From Candidatus Magasanikiibacteriota bacterium (lineage in GTDB: Bacteria > Patescibacteriota > Patescibacteriia > Magasanikbacterales > GWA2-37-8): DNA of 64,000 nucleotides. Location of the stretch: positions 83,984-147,983 of the forward strand of contig CAWDHY010000002.1 in NCBI GenBank assembly GCA_963802255.1, written 5' to 3'. The translations under genes were made by a program, and so were the position numbers. The notes beneath the pieces were generated by a model, which saw only the letters and a program-made list of their open reading frames with translations, did not search any database and was not told the origin of the DNA. The first letter of the stretch is position 1, and each line of letters begins with the position of its first letter. Below are positions 39,161 through 47,233 of this stretch, in pieces.

Positions 39161-40480
39161 TCAAGTCCTCTCCAATGGCAACCCGTCCACACTCTCATCT
39201 TTCGCTAAACCAAGGCCAAAAATGACCCAAAAAAGCGCCTGTCCTATGTATAAAGACCACAAAAAATGATCAAATATGCCGGCTACGAACAATGCAAAAA
39301 TAACACCGAGAAACAAAGGCCTCTTCTTCCAAATTTGAAAAACTAGAAAAATCACCAATGTATTTAAAATAATGTATCCAATCAGCCCAAGCTCGGTCAA
39401 TGATAATAAATATATATTATGCACCGGCTCATACGAACCAAAGGCTGGAGGTGAAAAATAACCGGCCATGGCATAAGTGTAAAGACCCGGACCGACTCCC
39501 ATAAAAATATTCTGATTCAAAATTAATGCATTTTGTCTGTATTGTTCCAAACGGGCATCGCGCGATATATTTTCAAATACTCCGTGGCCGGCTATCCGGA
39601 CATAATATGCCGAACAATAGAATGCCGAAATAACCAAAGCAACTGCAAAAACTGCAACCAGTTGTTCAATAACCGGTTTTACCTCGCCGGACATTTTTTT
39701 TATCTTAACTACGATAAAATAAACAATAGATCCCGCAATCATTGCAACTATAGCATTACGGGAAAATGAAAACATAATTCCGGCACCGATAATCATCTGG
39801 CCGATAAGGAAAAACGGGCGGTATCTCGGCTTGACATATTTGTAAATTATAAAACCTATTAATAACGCCAGAGCCAAATATACTCCAAGAGTATTCGGCC
39901 AGCCAAAAGCCCCGTAGGCCCGCAGCCATCGCTCCGATTCGGTCTGTACAACCGCCACACCGGTGTCAAAAGACCGGTGAGAAGCAATCCCCAGCCATTT
40001 GCTTGGTGCCGTCTCTTGGACGAAAAATTGAAGCACGGCCAGATAGCCCTGCAGCGTAGCAGAACTCCAAAAAGCCAAACTCATTTGTTTAAAATTCAAA
40101 TTCGAAACAACTAAACATATCATTAAACAAATTGAACCCAGCAATCGGCTGATAAATTGAGCACTTATTTCTTTTTCAGGAGAAGCCGAATAAAAATATG
40201 CGATTAAAATAGCAATCGCTACGCCAAGAACAAGCGCCGGCCACCGGCGCAATAAATGTGAACGGCTGATAATTTTTTCACGAAAATTTTTGTTTCCAAA
40301 AAGACGGACACCAGTAAGAATTACAATCAACCACAGCAATATTTCCGTGCCGTAGAAGCTTAACGTTCCATATTCCCAAGAATGCCCATTCAATTCAGCC
40401 AGTCCATAAATCCATCTCGTTTGCCAAGGAAGGAGAAAAAGAAATGTTAATATCAGCCAGTTAGTTATTCTTGATAACAT
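39161..40480 (-). CDS. O-antigen ligase-like (Wzy_C family) polytopic membrane protein
   Basis: About 10 transmembrane helices. FSFSRNAIVAMIAG and EPVHNIYLLSLTELGLIG resemble the O-antigen ligase domain. Confidence 0.6.
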   Translation of the reverse strand: MLSRITNWLILTFLFLLPWQTRWIYGLAELNGHSWEYGTLSFYGTEILLWLIVILTGVRLFGNKNFREKIISRSHLLRRWPALVLGVAIAILIAYFYSASPEKEISAQFISRLLGSICLMICLVVSNLNFKQMSLAFWSSATLQGYLAVLQFFVQETAPSKWLGIASHRSFDTGVAVVQTESERWLRAYGAFGWPNTLGVYLALALLIGFIIYKYVKPRYRPFFLIGQMIIGAGIMFSFSRNAIVAMIAGSIVYFIVVKIKKMSGEVKPVIEQLVAVFAVALVISAFYCSAYYVRIAGHGVFENISRDARLEQYRQNALILNQNIFMGVGPGLYTYAMAGYFSPPAFGSYEPVHNIYLLSLTELGLIGYIILNTLVIFLVFQIWKKRPLFLGVIFALFVAGIFDHFLWSLYIGQALFWVIFGLGLAKDESVDGLPLERT

Positions 40481-40484
40481 ATTC

Positions 40485-41418
40485 CTAATTTTTTAAATTC
40501 CACTGATCAAAAATCACTTTCCGCGAATCGTTTTCATGAAATTTCAATACGCCATCTTCGATAATTACCGAGCGATCACTTTTGGTCGCCACTTCCTTTA
40601 TGGACATTTTCAGGCGTGCCAGCTGAAACTGTTTTGCCTGTTTTTCCAAAATATTTCCATAACTGCCGAGCCACATTGTCTCCCACGCACGCTGCCACAG
40701 AGCGCCAGCCTTCCCTTTTGGAGCGGCATTCAGATACAGTGATTTGCTTTTACGGCTTACATTAGGCAAATAATCATTTGTCCAGCTGTTGGCTTTAAGA
40801 AAACTGAAGTATAAATTATCGGGATCATATATTGGTACCATCTGATGAAGCCAATATATAAAATGAATATCATTTTTTACGGCACAAAGAGGCTGAAGAT
40901 CTAAATTTTTTTCATCAACAAAAAATGACAGGCAAATTTTATTTTTGTGTTTTTTACCAAAAGTCCGTAGTCCCCAAAATTTCAAAATTAAATTCGTAAA
41001 AAACCGCACGAGCCAAATTCGGCCGGGAAAAGATATTATAAAAAAATCAATATCACTGCCGTCGTGCGCCAAACCGGATCCGACCGAATTGCAAACAAAA
41101 ACCGCCCGCAAAAACGGGACGGACCTAATTTTTTTTACAGCCCTCAAGGCAATTTTTAATTTTGATTCGCTGACAACCAGCCGTTGCCGACGGCTCTCCA
41201 CCGTGCTATGCACGACCGGCCACAAAATAGTACCCGTATTTTTCCTGATGCACTCCGCCAAAATTATTTTCTTCAGAAAACATTGAAAGAATAAAATCTT
41301 CATAACTTAATCGCGGCGGCTGATACAAATACGCAAATAGTTCTTCTTTGGTAAGAGGGTAATCAAACAAATCAAAGTAAGCGAGAGTTTTACGGATTGA
41401 TTCGTTAAGCGGAGACAT
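40485..41418 (-). pseudogene. Nucleotidyltransferase-domain protein split across two overlapping frames (candidate frameshift)
   Basis: ORF 41206..41418 (MSPLNESIRKTLAYFDLFDYPLTKEEL...) and ORF 40485..41303 (...GSGLAHDGSDIDFFII, a pol-beta-type NTase motif) overlap by about 98 nt in different frames. Probably one gene. Confidence 0.4.
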
Positions 41419-41421
41419 GGG

Positions 41422-42207
41422 TTATTTATTAACCACTTGCCCTTCAATAACATTATTTTTTTCTGATGGTGCCACAGGAGTGTCATTGCTTCCTTTTTTC
41501 AACATATATGTCTGCTGAGCAACGGTAAAGAGAGTGCTAAAAAGCCAATATAAAGTTAATCCGGCCGGTAAAGAAACGCCGATCAGAACTGTCATTAAAG
41601 GCATAAAATACAACATTTGCTTATTCATCATCGCCATCATGCCCTCATCTTTTGCGCCGGCTCCGGCATTTTTTGGCGGCTGCTTTGAAAGCATACCTTT
41701 AGCCTGCCAAAACTGCGCTAAACCCGCCAAAATTGCCAAGATATAATTTTTTGTCGCCGCCATATCCAAAAAGCCGAAAGAAATCGAATTTAATTTGCCG
41801 GGGTTGCTGACAAAACTATATAACTCCGTGGAAAATTTATCCGCCATCAAAGAATCACGCATCACCATGTATAAAGCTATCAAAATTGGGAGTTGAATAA
41901 GAAGCGGAAGGCATGAAGCAAACGGATTTACTTTATTTTCTTTATAAACAGCCATCAGCATCGCCGCCTGCTTCTGCTGGTCATTGGCATATTCTTTTTT
42001 GATTGCATCTATTTTTGGCTGAATATCCTGAATGGACTTTTGTGCTTTTATTGACTTTGACGTGAGCGGATATACAATCAAACGCACCAAAATAGTAATA
42101 ATGATAATTACCACGCCTACATCATGACCGGGAATAACATTATAAAGACCGACAAATAAATTAAATATCGGCTGATAAAGTATTCCGTGAAAAAGTGTTG
42201 AAAACAT
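41422..42207 (-). CDS. yidC: Membrane protein insertase YidC (short form)
   Basis: 261 aa with five transmembrane helices and the conserved VYPLTSKSIKAQKSIQDIQPKIDAIKKEY region. Confidence 0.8.
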   Translation of the reverse strand: MFSTLFHGILYQPIFNLFVGLYNVIPGHDVGVVIIIITILVRLIVYPLTSKSIKAQKSIQDIQPKIDAIKKEYANDQQKQAAMLMAVYKENKVNPFASCLPLLIQLPILIALYMVMRDSLMADKFSTELYSFVSNPGKLNSISFGFLDMAATKNYILAILAGLAQFWQAKGMLSKQPPKNAGAGAKDEGMMAMMNKQMLYFMPLMTVLIGVSLPAGLTLYWLFSTLFTVAQQTYMLKKGSNDTPVAPSEKNNVIEGQVVNK

Positions 42208-42212
42208 AAATA

Positions 42213-43502
42213 TTATTCTTTAGTTTCGTCATTTTTTTCTTCAACCTTTGCTGTCTCTTCTACTTTTTCAACTTTCTCGTCTTTCGCTGGTTCTCCGGCC
42301 TTTTCTGCTTCTTCAACCACCGGTTCTGCAACTGCAACTTCTTCACTGGATAATTCTTGCGTTCCACCCTCTTCTTTAACTTTTATTTTCCAGTCAGTCA
42401 AAGCGGATGCCAACCGGACATTTTGGCCGTTGCGTCCGATGGCCAAAGAGAATTGATCGGCCGCTACATATACCTCAGCCTCTTTTACATCATTATTTAT
42501 TTCAACGCGCATTACTTTTGCCGGAGACAAGGCGTTTCCGATATACACCGCCGGATCTTCGTTCCACTTAATTACATCAATTTTTTCTCCGCCCAACTCT
42601 TCAATAATCGTATTAATACGACCACCACGCTGGCCAATACATGAACCAATCGGATCAATTGAATTGTCATCTGTAAAAACAGCCACTTTTGACCGAAAAC
42701 CGGCATCGCGGGCAATTCCTTTTATCTCAATAGAACCATCACCGATTTCAGGAATTTCTTGACGAAAAATTTCTTCAACCATGCCGGAGCTGTTTCTGGA
42801 GAGTACTATTTCCGGACCGCGCACAGTCATATTTACGGCTAAGACAAAAAATTTCATACGACTGCCGGGCCGATAAAACTCACGGCTTGTCTGTTGGTCT
42901 GAAGGCATAATGGCCGTTACCTTACCCAAATCAACCAGCACTTTGCGCCCTTCCACGCGTTGAATCGTACCAATGATTATTTTTCCCTCTTGATCCTTAT
43001 ATGACCCATAAACCATATTACGCTCAGCCTCACGAATTTTCTGAATAATAACCTGTTTAGCTGTCTGCGCCGCCATGCGTCCAAAGTCATGCGGAATTTC
43101 AAGAGGTATTTCCAAAACATCACCAAGTTTAGCTTTTTTATTTACAGCTTTTGCTTCGGAAATCATCATCTCCGTTTTAGGATTAAAATGAGGCAGATCT
43201 GCCACCTCTTCTTCAGTCATTTCTCTTCCTTCTTCGCGCGCCTTTTCACGGCGTTCTGTCAGCTCTTCCTGCGCTTTTTCCAATACCTCCGGTTCAATAT
43301 CTTCAACAACAATTTTAACATCCCAAGCTAATGTATCGCCGGTTTCGGGATCAAATTTTACCTTGATATTCTGCTGTTTATTGCCGAAATCTTTACGATA
43401 AGCGGCCGCCAACGCAGCTTCAATTGTTTCCATCACGACTTCAAAAGACAGGTTCTTTTCTTCGCAAAGAGTCTGAATAGCTTTAGTTATTTCACTAGGC
43501 AT
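42213..43502 (-). CDS. nusA: Transcription termination/antitermination factor NusA, with an acidic C-terminal tail
   Basis: MPSEITKAIQTLCEEKNLSFEVVMETIEAALAAAYRK, S1 and KH regions (GSCIGQRGGRINTIIEELGGEKIDVI). Confidence 0.9.
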   Translation of the reverse strand: MPSEITKAIQTLCEEKNLSFEVVMETIEAALAAAYRKDFGNKQQNIKVKFDPETGDTLAWDVKIVVEDIEPEVLEKAQEELTERREKAREEGREMTEEEVADLPHFNPKTEMMISEAKAVNKKAKLGDVLEIPLEIPHDFGRMAAQTAKQVIIQKIREAERNMVYGSYKDQEGKIIIGTIQRVEGRKVLVDLGKVTAIMPSDQQTSREFYRPGSRMKFFVLAVNMTVRGPEIVLSRNSSGMVEEIFRQEIPEIGDGSIEIKGIARDAGFRSKVAVFTDDNSIDPIGSCIGQRGGRINTIIEELGGEKIDVIKWNEDPAVYIGNALSPAKVMRVEINNDVKEAEVYVAADQFSLAIGRNGQNVRLASALTDWKIKVKEEGGTQELSSEEVAVAEPVVEEAEKAGEPAKDEKVEKVEETAKVEEKNDETKE

Positions 43503-43598
43503 ATATAAAAAATGATTAACAAAAAAGCAACTTCATGATTGAAGCGCTTTATTAGTAATAATATAGCACGCTCCAACCAATTTGTCAAACCAACTAAA

Positions 43599-44369
43599 CT
43601 AAGGTGAAACCGTGGCGATTTTAACTTTTCCTTTTGGTGTTTCGCCAACAACCTTCACTTTATCCCCCACATCCAAAAATTTATACAATTTTTCTACGTC
43701 TTTATATGCGATATTTACACATCCGTGGCTCATCGGTCTTATACCAAATTGATTGTGCCAATAAGCGCCATGCAAATAATAACTGCGTTTGAACTCCAGG
43801 TTCCATTTTGTGTTTGGCAAATCATAACCTGGCCCGCGATAATGTACAATCGGGACTTTTCTTAATATATTGAATTCTCCTTTCGGAGTTTCCATACCGG
43901 TTAAACCTGTTGATACCGGTATTGTGCCAATCTTAACTCCGTTTAAATAATAATCCAGCGTCTGTGTTGTCCGGTTTACTTCCGCATAACGCGACACATC
44001 CCTGCTGTTTGGACCGGCGAAAGGATTGTATCCATTTTGGACTTCTTCACCATCAAGATAACCATCATAATCCGTATCGGAATTTGTTAAATCAGACCGT
44101 AGAGCAATTTCCAGATAGTCATTTAAACCATCAGAATCAGTATCAACAGCGGACAGTTTCGCTTTGTTCCCATGTAACGGAGAATATCCGTTTTGTATTT
44201 CCCAGCCGTCAGGATATCCATCTCCATCCGTATCTTTCAAATTCGGATTGGTGTGATATATCATCACTTCATCCTGATCTTTAAGACCGTCAGCGTCAAG
44301 GTCATATGGCGTTGAAGAAACGCTAAAACCAGCCAAAATTGTGGTTGTCGCAATTGTCGCTAAAATCAT
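43599..44369 (-). CDS. L,D-transpeptidase (YkuD domain) with N-terminal thrombospondin type-3-like Ca-binding repeats
   Basis: DxDxDG repeats (DLDADGLKDQDE, DTDGDGYPDGWE, DTDSDGLNDYLE), then C-terminal YkuD with catalytic SHGCVNI. Confidence 0.75.
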   Translation of the reverse strand: MILATIATTTILAGFSVSSTPYDLDADGLKDQDEVMIYHTNPNLKDTDGDGYPDGWEIQNGYSPLHGNKAKLSAVDTDSDGLNDYLEIALRSDLTNSDTDYDGYLDGEEVQNGYNPFAGPNSRDVSRYAEVNRTTQTLDYYLNGVKIGTIPVSTGLTGMETPKGEFNILRKVPIVHYRGPGYDLPNTKWNLEFKRSYYLHGAYWHNQFGIRPMSHGCVNIAYKDVEKLYKFLDVGDKVKVVGETPKGKVKIATVSP

Positions 44370-44395
44370 ATTTCTATGCTTCTCTCCCCTGTAAA

Positions 44396-45253
44396 TTACC
44401 TTAATATTATATCATTTTTCTCATCTGTTCGCCAAATTTCGGCACCTGTCCGCTCAAGCTTTCTGATAACCCGAAGTGAGGGGTGCCCAAAACGATTTTT
44501 TCCCACAGAAATAACAGCAAATTGTGGCGATACGGCGTTGATAAAGTCTTCCCCGGATGAGCTATCCGAACCATGATGGGCCACTTTTAAATAATCGGAT
44601 TTAAGCGATTCACAGCTTGATAAAATTGTACTCGTAGAACAATAATGCAATAAAATTTCATCTTCAGATTTTTCTTCAATGTCACCGGTAAAAAATACTG
44701 TCGTCGTACCATATATCAGACGAAAAGCCAGGGAACCGTTATTTTCAGAAAGCTGATTTGAATCTTTTTGCGGACCATAAAAAATAATTTTTGCCTCACC
44801 GTCATTCATCTCTTGATTTGCCACAGCCACACTTACCCGGGCGCCTTCAAGCGCCAGATATTTCTCCCAAACCTGCCAATACGAGTCCCCCTCTTTTTCA
44901 CCGCCATTGGTAATAATATTTTTTACTTCATATCTTTTTAAGACGTCAGAACATCCGCCATAATGGTCCATATCCGGATGAGTGATAAGAAGATAATCAA
45001 GAGTCCGGTCGTAAAAAGGCAAATACTCCCCCAATTTATGCAGCACATCACGGTTTGGACCGCAGTCAACAAGCATTTTGGCTCCACTGGGAAAACGAAT
45101 CAAAGCTGAATCACCCTGGCCAACGTTAAAAAAAACAACTTTAAAATCAGGCCCTGAAGAAAATTTTAAAAATAACAAAACAACAGCAACTATCAAAAAA
45201 ATTAAAGCTGCTGTTAATACTATTTTTGCGCGACCACTATCTGGTTCACCCAT
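44396..45253 (-). CDS. ComEC-type metallo-beta-lactamase-fold domain protein (detached C-terminal module of ComEC)
   Basis: N-terminal transmembrane helix, then FFNVGQGDSALIRFPSG...LITHPDMDH, the ComEC MBL domain signature. Confidence 0.7.
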   Translation of the reverse strand: MGEPDSGRAKIVLTAALIFLIVAVVLLFLKFSSGPDFKVVFFNVGQGDSALIRFPSGAKMLVDCGPNRDVLHKLGEYLPFYDRTLDYLLITHPDMDHYGGCSDVLKRYEVKNIITNGGEKEGDSYWQVWEKYLALEGARVSVAVANQEMNDGEAKIIFYGPQKDSNQLSENNGSLAFRLIYGTTTVFFTGDIEEKSEDEILLHYCSTSTILSSCESLKSDYLKVAHHGSDSSSGEDFINAVSPQFAVISVGKNRFGHPSLRVIRKLERTGAEIWRTDEKNDIILR

Positions 45254-45831
45254 AAATCTTTTTCTTTTACCAAAATTTCCTTCTCAATATTAAAGGCAAG
45301 AGATTGCAGCATCTCTCTGATTTTTTCCGGCCGATGATAATATGATTCAATTTTTATTACCCCTTCCGGTGTCGCAATTTCCGGAGGTTCTTTCTGGTTG
45401 ATATTTGTCAGTATCAGCCGACCGCCCTCTTTAAGCACTCGGTATGATTCATCAAAAAAACTCGACGGATCTTTCAGGTGGACAATCAAAAAAGCAGCCA
45501 AAATGTAATCAAATGAATTATCGGCAAATGGAAGAGATTCGGCATCTCCAACTTGAGTTTGTACAGCCGGTGCTTTCTTGTTCAGCTCTCTAAGCATTGA
45601 AGCGGATAAATCCAAGGCCGTAACTTTTGCTCCCAGCTTATTCAGCGGGACAGAAAGCCTGCCTGTGCCGGCACCAACATCCAAGACAGATTTATTTTTC
45701 ACTGTGCCAAAAAGAGGTAAAAGCAGGCCTTTTTCAAAGCTGTTTAAATATGCCTCCTTTTTGTCATAACCGGCGGCAGCCAAACCATAACCCTTCAAAG
45801 AAGACATTATTGTAATTTTTTGTTTTGCCAT
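45220..45831 (-). CDS. Class I SAM-dependent methyltransferase
   Basis: VLDVGAGTGRLSVPL SAM-binding motif, 203 aa. Located between the two comEC-derived ORFs. Confidence 0.8.
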   Translation of the reverse strand: MAKQKITIMSSLKGYGLAAAGYDKKEAYLNSFEKGLLLPLFGTVKNKSVLDVGAGTGRLSVPLNKLGAKVTALDLSASMLRELNKKAPAVQTQVGDAESLPFADNSFDYILAAFLIVHLKDPSSFFDESYRVLKEGGRLILTNINQKEPPEIATPEGVIKIESYYHRPEKIREMLQSLAFNIEKEILVKEKDLWVNQIVVAQK

Positions 45832-47231
45832 AAAAATATTCTATACAACAATAAATATAACATAATCATCAGCCACCAGGGAAGCTTGCACGGAACCGAC
45901 GACCATTCCTGACGGCCGATAATTTGAACGATGAACAATATATACTTTAATCCAAATCCCGTCACCCATGCAAGAATTTGCCCTATCGGATAAAAGATGA
46001 AACTTGAAATAAGCGATAAAAAACCGAATAGCATTATGTATGGAATAAGCCAAAGAACAAATAAATTGACCGGCAAAGCTACAACGGACAAACGGCCAAA
46101 ATGATATAAAATTAGCGGAAGAGTAGCTACAATAGCTGAAAAAGTTGTCTTAACAACACTATCTCCATTGGCTAGAAACAGTATCCCGGCAGTGGCGGCA
46201 AAAGAAAGCTGAAAACCGACATCCCAAATTAATACATACGGATTAACAAGTACCATGAGTGTGGCGGCAAAAATTAAAGCCGGACTGGCGCGCGACGGCC
46301 TGCCAAAATATTGTCCAAGAAGTACAACCGACCCCATAATGCCTGCCCGCACCGCTGATGCGGATGCTCCGGTAAAAATGACAAATATTATGATGCAAAA
46401 AAGAGCAACCCAAAGCGCCTGACGCCGATAAAATCCGGCCAAAATTAAAAGCGTCATAAGAGCAGCGGCAATAATCGTGATATTGTATCCGGATACGGCT
46501 ACAATATGACTTAGACCTACCCTGGAAAAATTATCCGTAATACTTTTTGGCATAGTGGCACGCTCGCCATAAAGCAAACCGCCGATAAGCGATGACTGCG
46601 GTTCCGGCCAAAGAACTGCAACTTTTCCGGCGACAATATTTTTTAGCGCAAAAATATACCCCAAAAATGTTTTGTTATGCCCGGTAAATTCCGCGACAGG
46701 ATTTACGCAAACCAACGAAACGCCCTGAGTCAGCAAATATTTATCATATTGAAAATCGCCGCCCGGCATTGAATAAGGTTCTTCTAAATAGCACCGTATT
46801 TTAACCGAATCTCCATAGCGATATTCAGGGTATAAAGGAAGCTTAATCAAAATTCTATCGGGAATTGTTTTGCTTCTTATCATATATTCGGCCTGACTCG
46901 TGCCAATTTTTGGTTCAGCGACAATTATTGCGTTAAATTCGAGTTCTTCGCCGAGATAATTTTGCATATCTGGTACAACCGATAAATAGCGCCAACAACC
47001 GGCTATTACTATTGCTAAAGAGATGAATATAAAACGCATTTTTTTATTTTTCCAATACCAGGCGATAAAAAATATGGCGACCAAAAGGAGTCTGTAAAAA
47101 AACATGACCCATTTCTTGTCCGTATTTATTAGTGACATAACCGCAATGCCGGCCAAAAAACAAAAACAAAACGCCAGAAACGTTTTGCTTTTTGAATTTA
47201 TTATTTTATCAAACCCCTCCCTCAAAACCAT
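45807..47231 (-). CDS. comEC: ComEC/Rec2 competence channel (DUF4131 + Competence domains) lacking the MBL domain
   Basis: Polytopic membrane protein. LSHIVAVSGYNITII and the multi-transmembrane competence domain pattern. Confidence 0.7.
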   Translation of the reverse strand: MVLREGFDKIINSKSKTFLAFCFCFLAGIAVMSLINTDKKWVMFFYRLLLVAIFFIAWYWKNKKMRFIFISLAIVIAGCWRYLSVVPDMQNYLGEELEFNAIIVAEPKIGTSQAEYMIRSKTIPDRILIKLPLYPEYRYGDSVKIRCYLEEPYSMPGGDFQYDKYLLTQGVSLVCVNPVAEFTGHNKTFLGYIFALKNIVAGKVAVLWPEPQSSLIGGLLYGERATMPKSITDNFSRVGLSHIVAVSGYNITIIAAALMTLLILAGFYRRQALWVALFCIIIFVIFTGASASAVRAGIMGSVVLLGQYFGRPSRASPALIFAATLMVLVNPYVLIWDVGFQLSFAATAGILFLANGDSVVKTTFSAIVATLPLILYHFGRLSVVALPVNLFVLWLIPYIMLFGFLSLISSFIFYPIGQILAWVTGFGLKYILFIVQIIGRQEWSSVPCKLPWWLMIMLYLLLYRIFLWQNKKLQ

Positions 47232-47233
47232 AA

